Below are positions 20,420-29,614 of a DNA stretch of 46,871 bases, piece after piece (the first letter of the stretch is position 1; each line of letters starts with the position of its first letter). The stretch spans positions 1-46,871 of the forward strand of contig JAZKDQ010000017.1 in the NCBI GenBank assembly GCA_040387495.1, read 5' to 3'. A program made the position numbers and the translations under genes. This stretch comes from Pseudomonadota bacterium (GTDB lineage: Bacteria; Pseudomonadota; Alphaproteobacteria; Paracaedibacterales; CAIOTO01). The notes under the pieces were generated by a model. That model had not been told where the DNA came from. It ran no database searches and was given only the letters and a program-made list of their open reading frames with translations.

Positions 20420-20887
20420 CTAGCGAATTTCGAATATTGCTTCAATTTCAACAGCGGCACCCAGTGGCAGTGCATTCACGCCAACAGCAACGCGTGCATG
20501 ACGGCCAATGTCAGCGCCCAAAACATCAACCATCAAATCAGATGCCCCGTTAATCACTTTTGGTTGATCTGTATAATCTGGGGTGCAATTTACAAAGCCA
20601 CCTAAGCGAACGCACTTAACCAAACGTGACCATTCATCATTTAATGCTGTTTTAAGCTGAGTTAATATGTTCAGAGCACATAAACGTGCGGCATCGTGTG
20701 CTTGTCCTGTTGAAAAATCAACACCAACCTTACCTTTGAATACAACTTCACCATTACGCATGGGCAGCTGCCCTTAAATGATAACTAAATTGCCTGAAAT
20801 AACATATGGAACATAGTTAGCAACTGCTGCAAAGTGTGTCGGTAAAACCAAGCCAAATTCATTTAGCTTGGCGTCGATGTCATGCAT
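20420..20887 (-). pseudogene. Rid (YjgF/YER057c/UK114) family protein with one in-frame stop
   Basis: The frame from ATG 20887 reads [16 protein letters not shown]...ANYVPYVISGNLVII*GQLPMRNG...GRHARVAVG; TAA at 20774-20776. Confidence 0.85.
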
Positions 20888-22238
20888 TTGGTTCTTCTTC
20901 ACTCAGATTTTTTTCAAGCCAGTGAATATCATAACGACCCTCTATGATATCTGGATTTTTAATCAACTTCTGGTGTAATGGCAATGTTGTTTTAATGCCA
21001 TCAATGACATATTCCTTAAGGGCACGTTCAAGACGGCTAAGACACTCGGCGCGCGTGCGACCATGCACAATAAGTTTTGCAATCATGCTGTCATAATAAG
21101 GTGGCACGGTGTAGCCAGGATAAACATGGCTGTCTACGCGCACACCTAAACCGCCTGGTGCAAGATAATTAACAATTTTTCCTGGCGATGGAATAAATGT
21201 TTTTGGGTCCTCTGCATTAACACGGCATTCAATAGCATGTCCATTGAATTTAATGTCGCTTTGTGTGTAGCCTAAATGTTCACCAGCTGCAACACGGATT
21301 TGTTCTTTTATCAAATCAATACCGGTAATCATTTCGGTCACGGGATGCTCCACTTGAATACGCGTATTCATCTCCATGAAAAAGAACTCGCCATCCTCGT
21401 AAAGAAATTCAAGTGTTCCAACACCACGATAGCCCATATTTTTAAGGGCTAATGTAACACGATCACCCAATTGATTACGTAGTTCTATTGGTAGAGCAGG
21501 AGAGGGGGCTTCTTCGAATACTTTTTGGTGGCGACGTTGAAGTGAACAATCCCGTTCGCCTAAATGCACAACGTTGCCATGTTGATCGGCAAGTACTTGG
21601 ATTTCAATGTGACGCGGACGACGTAAATAACGTTCCATATAGACTTGATCGTTACCAAAGTTAGCTTTTGCTTCACTTTTCGCCATACGGAAGGACTGAA
21701 CAAGTTCTGCTTGATTAAAAGCAACTTTCATTCCTTTGCCACCACCGCCTGCTGTTGCCTTAATGATGACCGGGTAACCAATTTTAGCGGCAGAACTCAG
21801 TGCATCATCATCGGTGTCAATAGAGCCTTCTGAACCAGGAACAACGGGGACACCAAGCGCAATCATTGTTTTCTTGGCAGTAATTTTATCACCCATCATG
21901 CTGATGTGTTCAGGCTTAGGGCCGATGAAATTCATACCGTGTTCTTCTATCATTGCAGCAAACGTTGCATTTTCTGATAAAAATCCAAATCCAGGATGTA
22001 TCGCATCAGCGCCCGTAATATCAGCAGCACTAATGATCGCTGACATCTTTAAATAGCTATCTTTTGCCGCAGGGGGCCCTATACAAACGCTTTCATCAGC
22101 AAGCCGTACATGCATTAAATCAGCATCAGCTGTTGAATGTACTGCAACGGTTTTTATGCCCATTTCTTGACAGGCACGGAGGACACGCAGTGCAATTTCA
22201 CCGCGATTGGCGATTAAAACTTTCGAAAATTGGCGCAT
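20880..22238 (-). CDS. accC: Acetyl-CoA carboxylase, biotin carboxylase subunit
   Basis: [43 protein letters not shown]. Confidence 0.97.
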   Translation of the reverse strand: MRQFSKVLIANRGEIALRVLRACQEMGIKTVAVHSTADADLMHVRLADESVCIGPPAAKDSYLKMSAIISAADITGADAIHPGFGFLSENATFAAMIEEHGMNFIGPKPEHISMMGDKITAKKTMIALGVPVVPGSEGSIDTDDDALSSAAKIGYPVIIKATAGGGGKGMKVAFNQAELVQSFRMAKSEAKANFGNDQVYMERYLRRPRHIEIQVLADQHGNVVHLGERDCSLQRRHQKVFEEAPSPALPIELRNQLGDRVTLALKNMGYRGVGTLEFLYEDGEFFFMEMNTRIQVEHPVTEMITGIDLIKEQIRVAAGEHLGYTQSDIKFNGHAIECRVNAEDPKTFIPSPGKIVNYLAPGGLGVRVDSHVYPGYTVPPYYDSMIAKLIVHGRTRAECLSRLERALKEYVIDGIKTTLPLHQKLIKNPDIIEGRYDIHWLEKNLSEEEPNA

Positions 22239-22708
22239 TATTCGATTACCAATAAAGGTTGATCATATTCAACAGGTGTTGCATCACTGACAAGAATGTG
22301 TGTTATTGTGCCAGAAATAGTCGCTTTAATAGGATTCATGACTTTCATTGCCTCAACGATAAGTAATGTTTGGCCAACAGCGACACGATCTCCAACATTA
22401 ATAAAGGCTGCAGAACCAGGTTCTGGTGACAAGTAAGTTGTGCCAACCATTGGTGATTTGACTGCACCTGGATGTTTTTGAAAATCAGCTTTAGCAGCGA
22501 CTTTTGGCTCTGAAGAAGTTACACTTAAAGGAGTCTGTGCTGGAGCATGGTGCGTTGGCGCTGCAGTTACGTGCGTAACGGCTGCTGGACGTCTTGCCAC
22601 ATAAATGCGATGTCCGTTTTCTTCATATTCAATTTCGGTTAGGTCTGTTTCAACAAGGATTTCAGCGAGCTTACGAACGGCATCACCATTGAAATTGATG
22701 TTTGTCAT
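22238..22708 (-). CDS. accB: Biotin carboxyl carrier protein
   Basis: SPMVGT and EAMKVMN biotinylation motif. Confidence 0.96.
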   Translation of the reverse strand: MTNINFNGDAVRKLAEILVETDLTEIEYEENGHRIYVARRPAAVTHVTAAPTHHAPAQTPLSVTSSEPKVAAKADFQKHPGAVKSPMVGTTYLSPEPGSAAFINVGDRVAVGQTLLIVEAMKVMNPIKATISGTITHILVSDATPVEYDQPLLVIE

Positions 22709-22871
22709 TTTTTCTTCCTAATTTTTTTAATAATGAAATGGCAAGTGAATAGCTAAGGTATAGCTGTTTTGAATCTGTTGTGCAAGTTTTGTAGTATTAA
22801 AGAATGCTATTCTGGGGCTGGTGCTGTAATGTTTTACTTTCGTAATTTTCCTCCGTATGATTAAAGGATCT

Positions 22872-22904
22872 ATGGACCCTCGGGTCATGCCCGAGGGAAA
22901 CTAA
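22872..22904. repeat. Dispersed palindromic element, copy 2
   Basis: CCCTCGGG-TCATG-CCCGAGGG hairpin, homologous to 1073-1105. Confidence 0.7.
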
Positions 22905-22959
22905 GAAAAAGAACAAAGTTGTTATGACTCACAATAAAAATAATATGATATGAACAGCT

Positions 22960-24015
22960 TTAGCCAACTTCTGCCGCATCATTTGAACTTACATCATTCG
23001 CAACAAGCATCGTATCAGCAACTTTTGTCGAGTTTTCACGCACAGCTTTTTCAATGCTCGCCGCAATTTCTGGATTCTCTTTTAAGAAAATACGCGTCGC
23101 TTCACGACCTTGTCCAATGCGTTGTGTGCCATATGAATACCATGACCCAGCTTTATCAATAATATTGGCTTTTACACCAAGATCAATCAATTCACCATTT
23201 TTTGAAATGCCCTCACCATACATAATGTCAAAATCGACAACTTTAAAGGGAGGTGCCATTTTGTTCTTAACAACTTTAACGCGTGTTTGGTTTCCAACGA
23301 TAAGATCTTTATCTTTAAGGGCACCGATACGGCGGATATCTAAACGAACAGATGCGTAGAACTTAAGCGCATTACCACCTGTAGTCGTTTCAGGGTTTCC
23401 GAACATAATGCCAATTTTTTGGCGAATCTGATTGATGAAAATCACCATGCAATTTGTTTTTGAAATAGATCCAGTGAGTTTGCGCAATGCTTGGCTCATC
23501 AAACGGGCTTGTAAGCCCATGTGTGAGTCGCCCATTTCGCCTTCAAGCTCGGCTTTAGGAACAAGCGCTGCAACACTGTCTATAACCAACACATCAATTC
23601 CACCGCTGCGAACCAATGTATCTGCAATTTCAAGGGCTTGCTCGCCTGTATCAGGTTGGGAAATAACGAGTTCGTCAATGTTAACACCAAGTTTGCGTGC
23701 GTATCCTGGATCAAGTGCATGCTCAGCGTCAACGAATGCGCACGTGCCACCTTTTTTTTGTGCTTCAGCAATAACATGCAGTGCTAATGTGGTTTTACCA
23801 GATGATTCTGGTCCATAAATTTCTACAACACGACCTTTGGGAAGGCCGCCAATACCAAGTGCAATGTCAAGGCCAAGCGATCCAGTAGAGATTACTTCTG
23901 CTTCAATTGCATTGTTTTTCTGGCCAAGCTTCATGACAGAGCCTTTGCCAAATGCGCGTTCAATTTGTGATAAAGCGGCTTCTAGTGCTTTTGATCGATC
24001 ATTCTTGTCACTCAT
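22960..24015 (-). CDS. recA: Recombinase RecA
   Basis: [40 protein letters not shown]. Confidence 0.99.
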   Translation of the reverse strand: MSDKNDRSKALEAALSQIERAFGKGSVMKLGQKNNAIEAEVISTGSLGLDIALGIGGLPKGRVVEIYGPESSGKTTLALHVIAEAQKKGGTCAFVDAEHALDPGYARKLGVNIDELVISQPDTGEQALEIADTLVRSGGIDVLVIDSVAALVPKAELEGEMGDSHMGLQARLMSQALRKLTGSISKTNCMVIFINQIRQKIGIMFGNPETTTGGNALKFYASVRLDIRRIGALKDKDLIVGNQTRVKVVKNKMAPPFKVVDFDIMYGEGISKNGELIDLGVKANIIDKAGSWYSYGTQRIGQGREATRIFLKENPEIAASIEKAVRENSTKVADTMLVANDVSSNDAAEVG

Positions 24016-24103
24016 GATATTTTCCTTTTTTAAATTTTTGCTAATAATGTTCCTATCCTGACGGAATTTTGCTGAACTGTCGAGTGGGCATATGTTTATG
24101 GTT

Positions 24104-24135
24104 ATAAAAAAGCCCGGCGAACCGGGCTTTTTTAT
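24104..24135 (-). terminator. Rho-independent terminator (bidirectional form)
   Basis: ATAAAAAAGCCCGG-CGAA-CCGGGCTTTTTTAT, just downstream of the 166-aa gene. Confidence 0.85.
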
Positions 24136-24156
24136 TAAATAATTTTCTAGAAAGGT

Positions 24157-24657
24157 TTAAGCTTGTGGACTAGCAAAATAACCTGTTTTTGCCTTAAGAG
24201 CTTCTAAAGCTGGATCATATGCACCATCAAGTCTGCAACTTGCACCTTTCTTTTTGTCATTTTTTATTTTTTCTGCACATTCTTCTATTTTATCATCTGC
24301 TTTTGTTTTGCATGATTTAAGTGCCGCTGCGCAATCAAGGACACCACCAAGTTTATCACACGTTTCTTGAGGGAAGAATTTAACATTTTTTGTTTTCCAG
24401 TTACTACCACCCATGTTCACATTCTTTTTCTGACAGAAAAAGCTTAAAACTTTTAATGACATTTTAGAATTTGTTACAATAGCCGTTTCATCTGCGATAC
24501 AAGTATCAGCAGAGCCATCATATTCTTCTTTAGCTTTTGGTTTAAATGTTCCGTTGTTTGTACAATCTACTTCAGCTGCCATACTGTGCGTAGTGCTTAG
24601 TGTCATAATGAAAGCCAATGTTAATGCGCTTCTTGTCCAAAATGTTGTAAATTTCAT
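24157..24657 (-). CDS. Hypothetical secreted Cys-rich protein
   Basis: AAGGAG RBS, signal peptide ending SMA, eight Cys in the mature part, own terminator. Confidence 0.8.
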   Translation of the reverse strand: MKFTTFWTRSALTLAFIMTLSTTHSMAAEVDCTNNGTFKPKAKEEYDGSADTCIADETAIVTNSKMSLKVLSFFCQKKNVNMGGSNWKTKNVKFFPQETCDKLGGVLDCAAALKSCKTKADDKIEECAEKIKNDKKKGASCRLDGAYDPALEALKAKTGYFASPQA

Positions 24658-24845
24658 AAAATAACTCCTTAAAAATATGTGGCACCGGCATGGTCCACCT
24701 TCATAATCTTACAATAGAAAAAAAACATTAATAAAAAGTTAATTTTGTGTGAGATTATTGACTTTTGGTGTTGAAAAACTAAATTAATCTGTATCAGAGA
24801 GAAATTTAAAGTGGAATATTTCTAATTATTAGAAAGGTTTACTCA

Positions 24846-25115
24846 ATGATTATCTCACATGTGATACCATTGTATGTCTCAAAAGGGACAATTAAAATTT
24901 CGTCTGAAGTTAAGCCACTTTCGATTGTTCAAATGAATGTAAAGCTTAATACAAGCTTGCTTGAAAAGAATGCACAAGCAACATCTGAAAATGATGCTAT
25001 TGACATTGAAGACATAGTGAATATCGGTTCGGATGCGCAAATCGATTACCAAAAAATACGTGTCTCTGGTGATCTAGACTTTTGCCACGAACATCTGTTT
25101 GATATTGTTATCTAA
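24846..25115 (+). CDS. Small hypothetical protein
   Basis: GAAAGG RBS upstream; fills the intergenic gap; no motif recognised. Confidence 0.55.
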   Translation: MIISHVIPLYVSKGTIKISSEVKPLSIVQMNVKLNTSLLEKNAQATSENDAIDIEDIVNIGSDAQIDYQKIRVSGDLDFCHEHLFDIVI

Positions 25116-25194
25116 TTTAGAAAATCATTTCAATTGCTTGCTCTTGCCACATAAAACATAGATAATTAGAAAAATATTTTCTGGTATAATAATT

Positions 25195-26328
25195 ATGAAT
25201 CGTTTTCTTATTATAGCATTGTTTGTGCTTAGCCATTTCGTTGCTCATGCTGTTGGATCTGAATATATAGAGAAAGTGCTTAAGCAAGCTATTCAATCTG
25301 TGAATGATACGAAAGCTGCCCAAAACCAAAATGAGTCAGCTGCTTCATCTGTGAATTCTGTACATTCTACACGTAATCAATCTATTTCTGATTCACAAAA
25401 AAATGCGCATTCATCTACATCAAATAATAATCAGAACAATCACGTGGTAGCTGAGACACACAAAACGCTTTTTGATGTAAATAGTCCTGGTGAAATTAGA
25501 AACTATTTATTACAGATAGATTGGAAGTCTTGGGTTTACAAGCTATTAAAGTTAATTATTATAATTTCTTTATCTATTTCTATTTGGAGGATGTCAAATA
25601 AAACTGCGCAACGATACATTAAGAATGCTCGTCTTTTTAAAAAAGTATCTTCTCATTCTAGCGCAGATACACAAGTGCTTATAAAAACGATAGCACCTAT
25701 TATGAAGTCAGTTTTTCATTGGATTTTGATTGTGCTAACAATTTTAATGATAATTAGCGCGCTTGATGTTGATATTAAGCCTCTTCTTGTTGGCTTCAGT
25801 ATTATTGGTATTGCTTTTGCGATTGGCTCGCAAGCGCTTATGAAAGATCTAGTGAATGGCATTTTAATGTTATTTGAAGGGAACATCGCTGTAGGAGAAG
25901 TGGTAACTGTTGGTGATAAAACAGGCACTGTTGAATCAATATCATTGCGGGCCCTGTTGTTGCGCCATTTTACAGGTGAACTGCAAACAATTCCTCTTTC
26001 AGAGGTGGCGTCGCTTATTAATTGTTCGCGTGATTATTCAGTTGCAATTGTGCAATTTGTAGTGGATCCAAAGGCATTGATTCCGAGTATACAAACAGCA
26101 CTTAATGAGACCTATCAATTGATGAAAATAGATCATAAATTTGGTCCATACATTAAAGGTGAATTGAGTGCTTTGGGTGTTAAAAAAATGACTGAAGTTG
26201 GAGTGACGATGGCCGCAGGTATCCTTATTAAACCTGACCCAAAAAAAGAGTTTGTTTCTGAATTCAATCGCCGTTTTTACGAGCGGCTGCAAGCATACGA
26301 GGTGCCATTGGCTTATGCCCGCGTTTAA
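25195..26328 (+). CDS. MscS-family mechanosensitive channel
   Basis: GIAFAIGSQALMKDLVNGILMLFE, GEVVTVGDKTGTVESISLR, GELQTIP. Confidence 0.88.
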   Translation: MNRFLIIALFVLSHFVAHAVGSEYIEKVLKQAIQSVNDTKAAQNQNESAASSVNSVHSTRNQSISDSQKNAHSSTSNNNQNNHVVAETHKTLFDVNSPGEIRNYLLQIDWKSWVYKLLKLIIIISLSISIWRMSNKTAQRYIKNARLFKKVSSHSSADTQVLIKTIAPIMKSVFHWILIVLTILMIISALDVDIKPLLVGFSIIGIAFAIGSQALMKDLVNGILMLFEGNIAVGEVVTVGDKTGTVESISLRALLLRHFTGELQTIPLSEVASLINCSRDYSVAIVQFVVDPKALIPSIQTALNETYQLMKIDHKFGPYIKGELSALGVKKMTEVGVTMAAGILIKPDPKKEFVSEFNRRFYERLQAYEVPLAYARV

Positions 26329-26394
26329 TACTTGCGCAAGGCCTAAAAGCGAGTCATAGTTATGTAAGGTGGTTTTTTAATAAAATTTTAGTTT

Positions 26395-26712
26395 ATGAAT
26401 TCCCTGCAAGCACATTTACACACTATTGAAGAGCGCATCCTTGGTTGGCCTGATAATGTTCCCTTATGGGCGCCCGATACAGATCCAGATGTTGCCTTTG
26501 AGAGGCTTGAAGCTGAGCTCCAGCAACTGTTAGCTCAAATTGCTGCGTTACCATCTGCAGATAGAGCTGAATTCAAGTCACTTATTTCCGCCTTCCATGA
26601 AAACATTCAACAACATCACGTGGCAACCGAACAGCGGTTAAAAGATATGCAGTCTGTTGTTGATACAAATTTTCAGTACATTAAAGCTGTACGTGCTTAT
26701 ACGATTGGGTAG
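26395..26712 (+). CDS. Small helical protein, possibly flagellar (FliT-like)
   Basis: Amphipathic helical pattern ending KAVRAY; lies 5 bp before the fliO-like gene. Confidence 0.55.
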   Translation: MNSLQAHLHTIEERILGWPDNVPLWAPDTDPDVAFERLEAELQQLLAQIAALPSADRAEFKSLISAFHENIQQHHVATEQRLKDMQSVVDTNFQYIKAVRAYTIG

Positions 26713-26717
26713 CTGAG

Positions 26718-27032
26718 ATGATTCATGTTGTTGCAGCTTTTTGTATAGTTCTTGGTTTGATGTTTGTGTCTCTTTATGGGCTTCGTTATTTTCAACAAAA
26801 ACAATGGTTTTTAAAATTAGGTCTTCATCCCAAAAAATTAGAAATTTTGGAATCGTTAGCACTTGATCAAAAGCGTCGTATTGTCTGGATTCGCCATGAA
26901 TCAGATGCATATCTTCTTTTGCTTGGTAGCAATCAGGATGTAATTTTAAAAGGTCCTGTGCCATATGAGTCTGTAAATGTTGCTAATAAAGATATATTTG
27001 ATAATAAAAATTTAATTGAGGTTTCTGCATGA
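26718..27032 (+). CDS. fliO: Flagellar biosynthesis protein, FliO-like
   Basis: N-terminal TM then LEILESLALDQKRRIVWIRHESDAYLLLLG; overlaps the fliP start (ATGA). Confidence 0.7.
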   Translation: MIHVVAAFCIVLGLMFVSLYGLRYFQQKQWFLKLGLHPKKLEILESLALDQKRRIVWIRHESDAYLLLLGSNQDVILKGPVPYESVNVANKDIFDNKNLIEVSA

Positions 27033-27757
27033 GACAACGTTGGTGGTTTCCACTATGCTTTTTTATCTTTTTAGTAACACCAGTTGCCGCGGATACGTTT
27101 ACGCTTGATTTGGGGACAAGCAGCGGTTCTATGATGGGGCGAATGATCCAGTTGTTGATTATGATGACGGTACTGACGCTTGCGCCGTCAATTATAATGA
27201 TGGTGACATCATTTACGCGCATTGTGGTGGTGTTTTCATTCGTGAGAAGCGCCCTTGGTACGCAGCAATCTCCGCCAAATATGATTTTACTCAGCCTTGC
27301 TATGTTTTTGACTTTCTTTATTATGGCGCCAACGTTTGAAAAGGCTTTTAATGAGGGAATTCACCCTTTGATTGAAGAGAAGATCACAGAAAAAGAAGCA
27401 TTTGAACGAACATCAAAACCTTTTCAACTTTTTATGCTTAAAAATGTGCGTGAGAAAGATTTACGCCTTTTTGCTGATATTGCTAAAATTGAAACGATTA
27501 AAGCGCCCGAAGATACGCCGCTGCGCATACTTGTGCCAGCCTTTATTATTAGTGAACTTAGGCGTGCATTTGAAATTGGTTTTTTGATCTTTATTCCATT
27601 TTTAATCATCGATATGGTCATTGCGTCAGTGTTGATGTCGATGGGTATGATGATGTTGCCGCCGGCGATGATTTCAATGCCATTTAAGCTAATTTTCTTT
27701 GTGTTGGTAGATGGCTGGCATTTGTTGTGTGGCAGTTTGGTCAATAGCTTTAGATAA
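27029..27757 (+). CDS. fliP: Flagellar export gate protein FliP
   Basis: MVTSFTRIVVV, ALGTQQSPPN, LVPAFIISEL, MSMGMMMLPP, PFKLIFFVLVDGW. Confidence 0.95.
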   Translation: MRQRWWFPLCFFIFLVTPVAADTFTLDLGTSSGSMMGRMIQLLIMMTVLTLAPSIIMMVTSFTRIVVVFSFVRSALGTQQSPPNMILLSLAMFLTFFIMAPTFEKAFNEGIHPLIEEKITEKEAFERTSKPFQLFMLKNVREKDLRLFADIAKIETIKAPEDTPLRILVPAFIISELRRAFEIGFLIFIPFLIIDMVIASVLMSMGMMMLPPAMISMPFKLIFFVLVDGWHLLCGSLVNSFR

Positions 27758-27796
27758 AATCATAGACCTAATTCTTTTTATTTTAGAGATTTTATT

Positions 27797-29467
27797 ATGA
27801 AACTTATTTTAAAATTATTTCCATCCATTACTTTTATTTCTCTCCTTACTCAAATATCTGTAAATGCTGTGGTGACAGATCAACCATGGCTTTCATTTGA
27901 TCAAAGTACGCGTATTCCTCGCCCAACTGTATATGAAATGTTAAAGGATCCAGATCTTTCAAAGGTCTATCATGCGGCAAGTTATATATTAACATATCGT
28001 ATTGACAAGGGACTCAATCCTTATATCTCCATTTGCGGTGCCACATTTACATTAAATATGAACTCTGGCAGGCTTCATTCTGCGGCAGTTAGCACGTATG
28101 AACAGCAGGTAAATGACTTAGATCTTGCTTATTTAGCTCTTTATCTAATGGCAGAGAATATAAGCAATCCCTTTGCTTATAATGCTGCGTTAAGATTTTG
28201 GTATTCAGATAGGGAAAATGAAGAAAACAAAGATAAGGAATTTGCACGCTTGATATTTAAGGCTATGGCACAGGATATTGAACATAAAAATGCTTTTGAT
28301 GCTGCAATGATATTATGGAATTCATCAGTTGCAACAGATAAAGAAGTTGGTTGCGTAGCTTTGCATGCTATTGCTAAAAATACTCATCATAAAAATGCTT
28401 TTGATGCTGCAAAAGAATTGCTGCGTTCAAGTATACCCGAAGATAATAAGGCAGGTCGTCTAGCCTTGCATCATATTATAAAAACGATGGATCATACAAA
28501 AGCGTATGACAGTATACTACTGTTATTACAATCAGATTTAGAAAAGAGTCGAACATTTTTATCTATCTTCTTTTGTAATTCTGAGCATCTTAAAATTTAT
28601 GATTTTGCATGTAAATTGTGGTCTGAACGTTCTGGAACATTCAGAGAGTTTGTGCGTATTACATTTCAGAATGTGGTTTGTGATATTTATCATCCTAAAG
28701 CATACGATGCTGCTAAGATTTTATATAGTTCGGATGTTGCTAGAGACAAGGAAAATGGTCGGGTGGCGTTATATGGTATGGCGAATGATCTTGATCACCA
28801 GAAGGTGTATCATGCAGCAATAACATTATATAATTCAACTTGTAATGAAGATAAAAGTGTAGGCCTTGCTGATTTACGTTGTATTGCTTCCAATCCTAAT
28901 CATCCGAAAGAGTGTGATGCAGCAATCGTTTTATATGACTCACCGAGTGATAAAGATAAAGAAATATGGCTCTCGGTCATTCGTAGCGTTGCTAGAAAAC
29001 AAGAGCACCCAAATGCATACGGTGCAGCATTAAAATTAAGAGAAATTGTAGAAGAAACCGATCGAAAATTTTCTTATGCAGCTGCTTTGATAAGAACTTG
29101 GTGGAGCTCTGACAGTGATGAGGGAGATGCCTCGATTGCTCGATCAACACTTTTTTTCATCGCAAAGAAGGCTCTTCATGATTCAAATTTTCCAAATGCC
29201 ATTAATGCAGTAAATGAACTGAAAAATTCAAAAAATGAAGATGATAAATTGATTGTTCGTCCACTAATACGTGCGATTTTTCAAAATATAAGGCATCCTC
29301 TATTTTTTAGCGTAGCTACTGTTGTGTTGAAGACGAATATACTAGAAGATAAAAGTAGGGTCCTTGCATTATTAAATGATATTGTTTCAAACACGCAAAA
29401 CGATGATTGTGCTAGGGAGATGCGCAAGAGAGCTATTGCTATTTTGCATTCCAACAGAGATGGATAA
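27797..29467 (+). CDS. Secreted hypothetical protein with ~35-aa helical tandem repeats
   Basis: Signal peptide ending VNA; recurring H-x-K/N-A-Y/F-D-A-A-x-x-L...DK..G..AL units. Confidence 0.8.
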   Translation: MKLILKLFPSITFISLLTQISVNAVVTDQPWLSFDQSTRIPRPTVYEMLKDPDLSKVYHAASYILTYRIDKGLNPYISICGATFTLNMNSGRLHSAAVSTYEQQVNDLDLAYLALYLMAENISNPFAYNAALRFWYSDRENEENKDKEFARLIFKAMAQDIEHKNAFDAAMILWNSSVATDKEVGCVALHAIAKNTHHKNAFDAAKELLRSSIPEDNKAGRLALHHIIKTMDHTKAYDSILLLLQSDLEKSRTFLSIFFCNSEHLKIYDFACKLWSERSGTFREFVRITFQNVVCDIYHPKAYDAAKILYSSDVARDKENGRVALYGMANDLDHQKVYHAAITLYNSTCNEDKSVGLADLRCIASNPNHPKECDAAIVLYDSPSDKDKEIWLSVIRSVARKQEHPNAYGAALKLREIVEETDRKFSYAAALIRTWWSSDSDEGDASIARSTLFFIAKKALHDSNFPNAINAVNELKNSKNEDDKLIVRPLIRAIFQNIRHPLFFSVATVVLKTNILEDKSRVLALLNDIVSNTQNDDCAREMRKRAIAILHSNRDG

Positions 29468-29614
29468 GGTAAAACAACTGATGTTATTGCTTTAGTAAAA
29501 TTTTTAGCATTCATCTGAGATTCAGAAAATATATCAAATAAATAAAATTTAAATTATTTGATTTTTGTTGAAAATTAATATATCATTTTTTGTTTTTAAT
29601 AGGATGTAAATTAG

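Noticed and set aside
20774..20776. Stop-codon reassignment or programmed readthrough
   Set aside because: TAA terminates many genes normally here, and this is the only in-frame case seen.
22739..22754. sigma54-like TGGCAAGTGAATAGCT
   Set aside because: Weaker match and on the opposite strand to the neighbouring genes.
22709..22800. aroQ remnant upstream of accB (YLSYSLAISLL)
   Set aside because: The resemblance is limited to a few residues, with no other AroQ motif; treated as chance.
23054..23818. Antisense and alternate-frame ORFs inside conserved genes (e.g. within recA, also ftsA, rlmN, fliP, acnA, uup)
   Set aside because: Shadow ORFs overlapping well-supported genes, with no recognisable motifs.
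24016..24103. LexA box upstream of recA
   Set aside because: A single GTTC and a single GAAC are present but not the alphaproteobacterial GTTC-N7-GTTC arrangement.
24728..24742. CtrA-like TTAA-N7-TTAA site (and near matches around 4095 and 26377)
   Set aside because: Such motifs are expected by chance in these very AT-rich spacers; there is no independent support.
27797..29467. Assignment as a PPR or TALE-like nucleic-acid binder
   Set aside because: Only the repeat length is similar; the consensus residues do not match.
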